Assembly: GCA_964252035.1 (NCBI GenBank)
Contig: OZ176205.1
From: Podarcis erhardii
Lineage: Eukaryota
Direction: 5' to 3' (one strand)
Length of the DNA: 64,000 bases
Below the pieces are notes generated by a model. That model was not told the origin of the DNA. It saw only the letters and a list, made by a program, of their open reading frames with translations, and searched no databases. A program made the position numbers and the translations under genes. Positions 54,901 through 64,000 of this stretch are shown here, piece after piece. Each line of letters starts with the position of its first letter. Positions within the stretch are counted from its first letter, which is position 1.

Positions 54901-56046
54901 GACCCAGCAGTGCCAAACACAAACAGTTACTGGCATGTTAGTCAACTTTGAAACCTGTTAATATTGGATAAAATCATGTCACAAACATATATTTGAGAAT
55001 CAGAAAGTGAGAGAGAGAGATGTAGACAGAGAGAATGAATTACTATTATTGCCTAAAAACTTGAATGGGTTAAAAAAATGATGATTAATTTTAAAATAAA
55101 AAAAACTTAAATTATTATTTATTAAATTGGTATACCACCCCCCACACACAGGTATTTAGTTGAAAAATAACTAAATTATAAATACTAAGTTTCTCATAAT
55201 CATCTAGTTTCACATTAAGTAATGAGGCTACAGGCATGCTCATCCACCCTTGAATTTATCAACTGCTTGCTCTAGGCAACAAGGAATTCCATGCAGGCAA
55301 GTGAGTGGGATGGCCAGTGGTGGAAGAACTACTGTACATCTCCTTTGCCAAACCCAAGGAGCCTATTGAGGTTCTCTCTCTCTCTTTTTTTGCAAACTCA
55401 TAATTTGTGGTGGTTTAGTTACAGTGGTGTGTTAACTCTACAGTCACTCTCTAACCGCATGTCTTCTACCCAATAAAGATGGCTTTTATATGTAAATGAA
55501 AAACCAAGCTGATCGTTTCTCACTAATGAAGATTTACACTCCACCTACCAAACATAGGCATTTTATCTTTGCCAGATGAAAATAAACTGCTTTAGTCTGC
55601 CCAGTAACAATGAGTACTGCTTTGATCTATAAGCCACAAGCACTTCATTTTCGTTTGCTACTCCCCTACCCCCCACCCTGCGAGGGTGCGGCTGGGCCAA
55701 GTGAAGCAGAAAGGAGCAATACTGGAAAGAAGAAGCGAAGTCCACATTGTACGGGTGTGAAGGTTCCTACATTTCTATCCTTAGGATACAGCCATAAACA
55801 CATTTACTTGGAGAAAGCCCCTTTGAAGTCAAGGCTACTTGCTTCTAAGTAAACATGTAGGATTGTGCTGTTAACCTTGCAAACTGTCATCTGCATAGAT
55901 TCAGAAAGAATCTATACGGAAATATTTTAAAGATATTCTTTCTATTGGTAAAAGAAAAGAAAAACATGCAAAATGCATATTGTTTGACTATGGGAGGCAA
56001 GGCCTGGTTGCAAAACTGAAACAATACTATAATTAATGCTCTGTTT

Positions 56047-56173
56047 CAGACATAGGGAAGTTGTTGTTATCCAAACATTGTTGCTCCCATCAGCCCCAGC
56101 TGGTATGGCCAATGGTCAGGGATGATGGGAGCTGGAGTCTAACATCCAGAGGGCTACATTTCCCCTATTCCTG
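56047..56173. mobile_element. Degenerate hAT-type MITE
   Basis: cagacatagggaag...tcccctattcctg ends; ctcccatcagc...gatgatgggag core. Confidence 0.55.
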
Positions 56174-57647
56174 CTTTAACTAGTTGTAAATGAACATGGT
56201 CTACTGGTCAGATCTGCATCACACTTTAGGAAATATGAGATGAAATATAAATGGGAAACTTGATTCAATGACTGCCTTTTCCTTGCTTATTTAAATAATT
56301 TGAATCACCTTGGTTTAAATCAGTCCACCCTGTCTAAAATTAGCAACTGTATGCCAAGAATGATGCTTAGCCATTGGTACCTTCAAACAACCTGCTGGAT
56401 AAAGATATATTTTAGACCCAAATGATGCAACTAACTATTTTGAAAAAACAATGCAGGATATATATGATACCCCTGAACTGCTTTTCTGCAATGAACTCAT
56501 TATTTAAAAATAATACAGCTAAATCCATCATTCTTGAATATAAATACTGAATTTAACACCAATAAAACACAATGGAAACGTTAATACATAGGACAGCACT
56601 GCTATTTAAAAATGTGGCTGGGGTAAAAAGGAAACACATTCAAATCATTTGAATACATTTGATGAACAACAAAGGTTATTAAAAGCTCATTCTTCCAGTA
56701 TTTGCACTGAAAAAAGTACTTAATAGAAGCTTAAAGGAAAGCTGACTATAGGATAAAATTGAGAGGTTTTGCATAAAAGCTGCTTTGCAATTTTTGTTAT
56801 CAGCTGTTCCTTTGAAACACACAATCCTTTTAAAATGTCTTTTATAGTAGGGAAATCTGTATTCTCACATAGCAGGAGAAATAATTTATGGTAAATCATT
56901 TCACAAAGGAGAAGCAGCGGGAAATGACGTGGAATCTTTTATCAATGTTATCTTGCACCTTTTGAAAAAAGAGAGTATGCCTACAGTACAGGGACAGGCT
57001 AGGGTCTGGGGAAAGAAATGAAGACTTGAAATGTTTCACATGAGGCAGAGATGCAAAGGACAGGCAGCATGAGGCACTTGTACTTATTTATTTCATAAAA
57101 TTTATACTCGACTTGATTGTTAAAAACTCCAGGTGGTTGTACTTCCTGTCACCCCCAGCATCAATGTCACTCCAAAAGCTGTTGTGTGGACATTCTAAAT
57201 CATGTGACTAACGTCATGTGGAGATGTCTTCTGAATCCAGTGGAAAGCCAACATTTCTCAGGTCTTCCCCTGATGTGTGGTCAGGACTGGCAGGGGAAGC
57301 AACAGCTGGAGTGGAGCCAGTGGGTGCTCTCCTACTCCACACAATGTTAATCACACAATTTAGAACTCCCACATAGAGCTACATGGAACTTCACAAGTAG
57401 TTTTGATAAGGATTTTATATGGCAATGATTAAGAGAGCTACTTTTGTGGGACGGGGAGGGGGCATATTTAAGAGGCTGCAAATGATTCTTGCTCAATTTA
57501 CAGCAGGCCAAGACCTCACACATCAAAGGCTGGTTTTTATAGAGGCGTGTGTGGATTTTGAAATACTCTTGGATGAAGCTTGTATGTCCAGCTTGGCAGG
57601 GCACACCTCTCTCACCCCAGTTACACTGGCATCATGTTCTCACTTAC

Positions 57648-57821
57648 CTTCATTCAGCGGAAGTGGTGACTCCCCTGTGGCAGGCTCACCTTCCCCAATC
57701 TGGGTCCTGCCACGCAGGTTGAATCTATAGCGTGATATGGGGTCCGTCCTCTGGAGTATAAACTTTGTCTGATTAGGAGAGAAGTTTTCCACCATTGTTC
57801 TGCCACTTTTGGATCCATTAA
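57648..57821 (-). CDS. NFASC: NFASC exon: second half of FNIII repeat 4, 174 nt, phase 1 to 1
   Basis: ctctccag|TT AAT GGA...AAT GAA G|gtaagt; [58 protein letters not shown]. Not present in the supplied ORF track. Confidence 0.95.
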
Positions 57822-58549
57822 CTGGAGAGAGAGGCAGGCTGTGTAGGCTTCAGTCTTGTTTTGAGAAACATGCTATGCTATGCATCTCACCACTTCTCAG
57901 TCTAGGATTACACCTGAAAAGAGCACTGGCTTTGCTTAAAATGGGGCATGTTCATTTTAGAGGACTTTTAAGCAAAAACGGCTGGGGAATGTTATGCATT
58001 CAAGAAGGAAGAATTTTAATTAAGCTAATTAAACTTTTAGCTCCCATGTAGGCCAAAGATAATACACCATGTTAGTTTTGCAGGGGCTTTCAAGTCAGGG
58101 ATTTGTTATGGTGGAGAGCTTTCGCACTAATTATTTGAGCAAAAATTACATTGTTCATGCATTTTCCAACAGTTAGGGGCAGGAGATTTTAGGAAGTTAG
58201 ATGCATGCTTGTTCAAATTCTATCAAGGGGTGGGAAGGAGGTACATTTTCAGGTGCCACTGGCCATATTCTTGGAAATATCTTCTTATGTAAATAACATT
58301 TAACTATAGAATCAAAATGATCAGTAAGAAAATTTGTCACATGTATCTGGAAATTAGCCTGTTAGTGATTCCTATGAAATCCTCCTGCACTAAGATATGC
58401 AATTCAACTCCCAAAGAAATTCTAAATCCTGAATTCCTTATTTCCCCTCCACTGATTTATTAGTATTGTTTTTTCTAATTCCAGATAAATTAAGATTCTA
58501 AATCCTGGTTAATAAAGAGACAACAAACAAAAACAAGCACAGGACATAC

Positions 58550-58672
58550 AGGCTTGGTATCTAAGGGTGTATCCAATAAGAATGCCATTGGGGTGTTCAG
58601 GGTGTTCCCATTCCATAGTGATGGTTTCCAGGTTTGGTTGGCGGATTCGGAAATACCTTGGGGGACTGGGTG
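58550..58672 (-). CDS. NFASC: NFASC exon: first half of FNIII repeat 4, 123 nt, phase 1 to 1
   Basis: ccctgaag|CA CCC AGT...CAA GCC T|gtatgt; [41 protein letters not shown]. Confidence 0.95.
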
Positions 58673-59038
58673 CTTCAGGGAAAGATGGGTCCAAGAGAGA
58701 AAAGGGAAGAGGAAAAAGACGTACAAGGTAAGGTAACTTAGAAGGCAGACTGGTCAAGAGCATGCATATAGAAAAGTTTGAGTCTGGTGGCATGGAGAAC
58801 TTGGTAGGAGCTGTATAAGATGCAGTTTCAGTGCAACACAATCATGCTTGGATATCCATTAACAGGAACCTATCCTACTGTTTCATAGTTGTACAAATTT
58901 CGTCGTTGGTGCACGTGTTGTGCTTCCTTCTGTGGGCTAAGCCACTCCTATGAGCTTGTCTATTGCCAGATGCAGTTTTCATATAATTAAAAACCTACAG
59001 TCCTTACCCTTGCCGGGAACTGTACAGATAACCTAATA

Positions 59039-59337
59039 CAGTGGTGCCCCGCAAGACGAATGCCTCGCAAGACGAAAACCCGCTAGACGAAAGGGTTTTC
59101 CGTTTTTCGAGGCACTTCGCAAGACGAATTTCCCTATGGGCTTGCTTCGCAAGACGAAAACGTCTTGTGAGTCTTTTCCCTCCCCCCTTTTCCTAAGCCG
59201 CTAAGCCGCTAATAGCCGCTAAGCCGCTAATAGCGCTAATCCGCTAAGCCGCTAATAGGGATGCTTCACAAGACGAAAAAACCGCTAGACGAAGAGACTC
59301 GCGGAACGGATTATTTTCGACTTGCGAGGCACCACTA
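59039..59337. mobile_element. Tc1/mariner (Tigger-like) MITE with internal tandem arrays
   Basis: ta|cagtggtgccccgcaag...cttgcgaggcaccacta|ta. Multiple (c/g)caagacgaa and ccgctaag/ccgctaatag units; CpG-rich. Confidence 0.85.
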
Positions 59338-60103
59338 TATGTAAGTGGATTTCATCATTCTATCTCTTTGGAATGGTGCCTTCTTGGCCCATTTGCTTTC
59401 ATCACAGCTAAAGCCCCTCACCATAACCAGCTCTGTTTCCTATGCTCAAAGCACACAAAGCTTATCTGAGCACAAATCACAACACTCAACTTTGAGCAAC
59501 ATGAGCCACATTTTATCCATGATGCTTCATGCAACCAAAGCCAAGGCCATCTAAGTCCTATTGATGTTGATGAGTCGTACAGTGGGGGCTCGCAAGCAGG
59601 GTATTGCAGTATGTAGGAAGAGGCTGCTGGGGAAAGACCTTCTCCTGCCACGCCCTTTATGGGCAGGTATATGGGTCAGAGAGTAAAAAAAGACAGCTTC
59701 ACAAATGATGTCAAGAAAATTGCTTTTATAAAGGTAGTTTCCGTCCATGCTTCTTAAAAAGACTGCTTGGAAGGAAATTTCCTCGATAAAGGAGATTTGC
59801 TCAAAATGCATTAGGAACGCAATCATTTGTGAAGCTGTTTCTTTGTGTGGGTGTTTGGTCTTTTCCTACAGATGTTTTTAATCCTCCTTTGCCTGCTGCC
59901 TGGATGAGATCCACATATGTGTGGAACTGCTGACTGACCCGATGGATGCAGGGCTCTCACCTCCCTGCATTACAATGAAATGAAATGGATTTTTTAAATG
60001 CCTTTCCAATATGCAGCTGGTCAGAGTTTTATGCTGAAACTTCCAGGGCTTACCAGTATAATTCTATGCATAGCAAAAGATCATTTAGCAAGTAGGTAAG
60101 TAT

Positions 60104-60453
60104 GGGACGCGGGTGGCGCTGTGGGTTAAACCACAGAGCCTAGGACTTGCCAATCGAAAGGTCGGCGGTTCGAATCCCTGTGACGGGGTGAGCTCCCGTT
60201 GCTCGGTCCCTGGTCCTGCCAATCTAGCAGTTTGAAAGCACGTCAGAGTGCAAGTAGATAAATAGGTACTGCTCCGGCGGGAAGGTAAACGGCATTTCCG
60301 TGCACAGCTCTGGTTCACCAGAAGCGGCTTAGTCATGCTGGCCACATGACCCGGAAGCTGTATGCCGGCTCCCTCAGCCAATAAAGCAAGATGAGCACTG
60401 CAACCCCAGAGTCGGTCACGACTGGACCAATAGTCAGGGGTGCCTTTACCTTT
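60104..60453 (+). mobile_element. Full-length Sauria SINE
   Basis: gggacgcgggtggcgctgtgggttaaaccacagagcctagg...ggggtgcctttacctttt; no convincing TSD. Confidence 0.88.
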
Positions 60454-61467
60454 TAAGTGCACTCAAACAGTGGACCCAGTTCAAGCTTCTGTGTGATACA
60501 TATAAATGCACAATTTGGCTCACTAGCAAGGCAGAAATCAGATTTCATTCAATCCAGTTACCAAAACCAGCAACAGCTGGGGGGGGGGGAACCCCAGGAT
60601 TTCACTTTCTAAAAATTACAACTGGAATGAATTCTTGGAAGAATCTTCAAGAACAAAGATATCTGTCTGGTGTGCAATTCTGTGGTTTTAAGTATCTCTA
60701 GAATCATAAAGGCGCTGGTGCTTATCAGTCAAAGCATGGTCCATTAGAGTGATATGAGATGGCAACTGTAAACATTAAAGAAGCTTTCACTGCTAGTTAT
60801 GAGAACTGATGAAAAGCTATTGATCTAGCTGTGAAAGCAAATACAGGCAGTACTCTCAATTCTACCATAAAATCTATCCTTGAGTATGTTAAGAATCAGA
60901 TGGAATTTGTAGAGTTAGGTAGTAATTGCAACATAAAACCCTTCCATAGATCATACTGCCACGTGCGGCAATGGATCTCATGACTGTTCCAATTTTACAG
61001 AATAAAGCTAAGAGAGACTTGTCTGAGAATGCTTAAGAGGACAAACAGGAGAGCTAGAAATAAAACCTGGTGTCAAAAGTCAGTGCATCGTGCTCTGCCT
61101 AACTCACCCATTTTCAGTTAGTTTCCTTGTGCATTCATTTGTCTATCATAATCTATTATGTATTATGAGTCTGAAGCTGGTGAAAAACAATCCCATGAAT
61201 CAGAACAGTCTCAGTCCTTAGGGCTTCACTGTGTTGACTTTTGCCTTGCTCCACACTGCAGGAGCACACAGTGATCTGGCAGCTGAAGCCAGCCTAACTA
61301 TTCATTTCAAGTGGAAAATCCTTTTTGAAGTCTTTATCAGGACTGATGACATAGAACCTAAGGAACTCTAAGGCTCTCAATAAGACCGTGTTCTGTTCTA
61401 CTTTCTTATTTCACACATAAAAGGACGGGATTCTGCCAAGCTGGGCCAATATTATGCAGAGACCTAC

Positions 61468-61672
61468 CTCCTTCAGGCATTGTGAACTCCAGAGTTTCAC
61501 TTCGAGGCCCATCTCCTCTCCCGTTGACTACAACCATCTCCAGTTTGTAGTTGCTGTAAGGAAACAGTCGGGACACTATGCCCCGTGTCCGGTCTCCAGT
61601 AAAACCCATAGACTGCTTTTTCTTAGAGACCCATAGATTCTTCAGCAAACTACTTTCTCTCCAGAAGTAGGC
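61468..61672 (-). CDS. NFASC: NFASC exon: second half of FNIII repeat 3 (NF155-type alternative exon), 205 nt, phase 0 to 1
   Basis: tcttgaag|GCC TAC TTC TGG...CCT GAA GGA G|gtaggt; AYFWRESSLLKNLWVSKKKQSMGFTGDRTRGIVSRLFPYSNYKLEMVVVNGRGDGPRSETLEFTMPEG. Confidence 0.95.
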
Positions 61673-61779
61673 CTTCAAGAAACATGCAAGGTGAGTGATG
61701 TTTTCCCCATTTGAGTGTTAACTGGATTTCAAGAACAAAGTCACTATGGATCTTCTTCCACACAAGGATTAGTTCGATC

Positions 61780-61930
61780 TCACCAACCATTCCACAGGAG
61801 AGGAGGAAGTCAATACTGTTTATTGCTCATTTTACAGATGGGGAGACTGAGACATATGGAAGCTGACTCTTGGTCAAGACCATTTAGGCAGATTATGCAG
61901 TGGCTATCAAAGAACTGCCCCCTCAGCAAA
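61780..61930. mobile_element. Ancient CORE/MIR-like SINE remnant
   Basis: ctcattttacagatgggagactgagaca resembles the CORE motif cccattttacagatgaggaaactgagg; similar remnants near 3620-3800 and 60940-61110. Confidence 0.4.
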
Positions 61931-62049
61931 GACCAGGCTTCTAGGCTTCAAATTGCAGTCTTCCCTCATCTCTCACTGATTATTATTATTATTATTAGCA
62001 GTAGTAGTAGTAGTAGGATGAAATTTTAATTTGTCAAGAATCACTCATG

Positions 62050-62097
<48 letters not shown>

Positions 62098-62146
62098 GGT
62101 TTTGGTGTCCTCGGGTGTCTTCCCGTGTAAAAGTTGGGGTGTCTAG

Positions 62147-62184
62147 GCGACGTTTCGACGAGGTCTCACTCGTCATCTTCAGGC
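62147..62184 (-). ncRNA. Minimal hammerhead ribozyme motif (left arm; sense to NFASC pre-mRNA)
   Basis: gc-CUGAAGA-U-GACGAG[UGAGAC]CUCGUC-GAAA-CGUC-gc: core boxes, 6-bp helix II, palindromic ACGU helix III, GUC triplet. Confidence 0.65.
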
Positions 62185-63076
62185 TGGTGCTTTCGGCTTC
62201 TTGTTACTGGAACAGAGCAGGATCTCAGTGTTTGAGTTCCTATAAATACTGTAGAGGGGGTGTGGTGTATAGCCTCCAATGTTCTGGGCAGAGAGGAAGT
62301 TCCCAGGCTAGTGTGCCTTTTCTTCTTTTGTTCCTTAATTACTTGAGAGATATCTTGAGTGATTTCTTGAGTGATATCCTGAGTACCACTTAGGTGGGTC
62401 ATTAGGTGTGGATTAGTTGTTAAAGTCTTTGTGTCTTGACCTCTTGAACTTTGTGAAGAGTTTTCCTGAGAAGATGGCTGTACTGTACTTAGTTGTGCTC
62501 TGGCTTGGCTTCGTGTATAGGGGCGAGCTGTGGTTTTGTGGCTTGTGTCAGCCAGATCTGTGTAGGGATTGCAGGGTGGTGCAGCATCCGGAGGTGCCAC
62601 CATGGATTGGCTACTGGATGGTGTCTGTAATTCATCTGTGGAGAGGGTCTGGGTTTGGGTCTGGTGTGGTTGATTGGTGTTGGCGTTCTGTGTGCCTCTG
62701 GATCTGGTGTCAGTTTTTGTGGGGAGGGCTAATTTCCAGATGTCTGGCAAGCGGGATGTGTCGTCACGCTTGTTCATGTTGTGAGGGTGTTTCTCTATCT
62801 CGATGGCTTCCATGATTATTCTCTTGTGGTGATGTTCCGTGTTAAAGAGCAATTTGGAATCTGCAAAATTAATTTCGTGTCCTGTTTCTTTCATGATATC
62901 ACTCAAGATATCTCTCAAGTAATTAAGGAACAAAAGAAGAAAAGGCACACTAGCCTGGGAACTTCCTCTCTGCCCAGAACATTGGAGGCTATACACCACA
63001 CCCCCTCTACAGTATTTATAGGAACTCAAACACTGAGATCCTGCTCTGTTCCAGTAACAAGAAGCCGAAAGCACCA

Positions 63077-63114
63077 GCCTGAAGATGACGAGTGAGACCT
63101 CGTCGAAACGTCGC
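63077..63114 (+). ncRNA. Minimal hammerhead ribozyme motif (right arm)
   Basis: CTGAAGA 63079-63085; helix II 63087-63092/63099-63104; GAAA 63105-63108; GTC 63110-63112. Confidence 0.65.
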
Positions 63115-64000
63115 CTAGACACCCCAACTTTTACACGGGAAGACACCCGAGGACACCAAAACCTGCATTCCTGTACCCGTGAAAATCTACGAAAGCATAT
63201 ATATATATATATATATATATTTAACCAGACTCCAGTACAGAGGCAGAAACAAAACAAAATATACCCTATGAATGAAAATTCTCAGAGCTGAGAAATGTGC
63301 AAATGCTTCAAATATATTTTATTATTTATTTTATTTATTAGATTTATATCCCACCACTTATCCAAAGATCCCAGGGCAGTGATATAAATCAATTTTGAAA
63401 GAAAGTATTTCGCTGCTGATCTGTGTGAATTTTTGCTTGCTTTCTGTTTGGTAAGACAGAAAACAGAGGGGAAAAAAACATGAACTTGAGGACAGAACAT
63501 GTTTGGCTTTCTGGAGACATTTTTTATTATCCCTGAGCACAATTCTTGAATTCTGACTAGGCCGAAACAGAACTTTAGTGTATTGATTAATGACATGCTA
63601 AATACACACTGGGGATGACACAGAAGTCAGGGGAAACTGCTCTAGGAGCTGATTTTCTTAACCACATTAAAAACAGTTTGTTGTTTTCATTTTGTAAGCA
63701 GAAAGACCTCATAAGATAGCAGCTACTTGGAACTCTCTGTTTCTAACTGACTAAGCAATAACTGGATGTTCACAACTAGGGGTGCTTCCAGACAGGCTGC
63801 TCATTCAGAAAAATATATATGTTATCTCACACTTTCTAGTACAATTACTCTGTTACTTTACTCACTGAAAAAGAAAAGTAATTGACAAGTGTTCTAGAAA
63901 GTATGGAGTAACAGCCACTATCCGGCAACCTTGTAGAACCTCCATACAAACATATCAGCATGAATGCTCAATGAACACCTGGTCTAGAAGTTCCCTAGAG

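Larger units (their letters stand above)
13754..61672 (-). other. NFASC: Neurofascin gene, 3' coding half (11 exons found; 5' part lies beyond 64000)
   Basis: Spliced translation gives ...[118 protein letters not shown], the neurofascin tail as I recall it. A PAT mucin exon is present. All junctions are GT-AG and phase-compatible. Confidence 0.97.
62093..63196 (-). mobile_element. 5'-truncated Penelope-like (PLE) retrotransposon with an inverted pseudo-LTR copy
   Basis: Minus ORF from 62894: ETGHEINFADSKLLFNTEHHHKRIIMEAIEIEKHPHNMNKRDDTSRLPDIWKLAL, resembling the C-terminal part of the PLE GIY-YIG endonuclease. 271-bp inverted arms at 62093-62363 and 62898-63168. (AT)n on both sides (62053-62094, 63197-63220). 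Confidence 0.88.

Noticed and set aside
36-63596. Remaining short ORFs in the six-frame track; CRISPR, rRNA or other prokaryotic systems
   Set aside because: The ORFs are expected chance frames in intronic and repeat DNA. The window is eukaryotic and shows no regularly spaced repeat-spacer array.

Overview
Vertebrate (squamate, probably lacertid lizard, inferred from Sauria-type SINEs) genomic DNA. The window holds the 3' half of the neurofascin gene (NFASC, L1-CAM family) on the minus strand. I mapped 11 coding exons by hand from GT/AG sites and phase continuity: the second half of FNIII-3 (glial NF155-type), two FNIII-4 exons, a 15-nt microexon, the mucin-like PAT exon, two FNIII-5 exons (neuronal NF186-type), the transmembrane exon, a cytoplasmic exon, the 12-nt RSLE microexon, and the last exon with FIGQY (stop at 13754). 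A probably long 3' UTR follows. The rest is intron or intergenic DNA with squamate repeats: a solo LTR, L2 3' ends, Sauria and Squam3-like SINEs, hAT and Tc1/pogo MITEs, and microsatellites. The most striking item is a very young Penelope-like insertion (62093-63196) in a (TA)n site. It has 271-bp inverted arms, each carrying a minimal hammerhead-ribozyme motif, and lies 421 nt upstream of the alternatively spliced FNIII-3 exon. Splice-signal patterns (UGCAUG placement, shared donors and acceptors, UGC before the microexon) suggest a readable NF155/NF186 splicing switch. Most ORFs in the supplied track are non-coding noise. All homology calls come from recalled sequence knowledge, not database searches.
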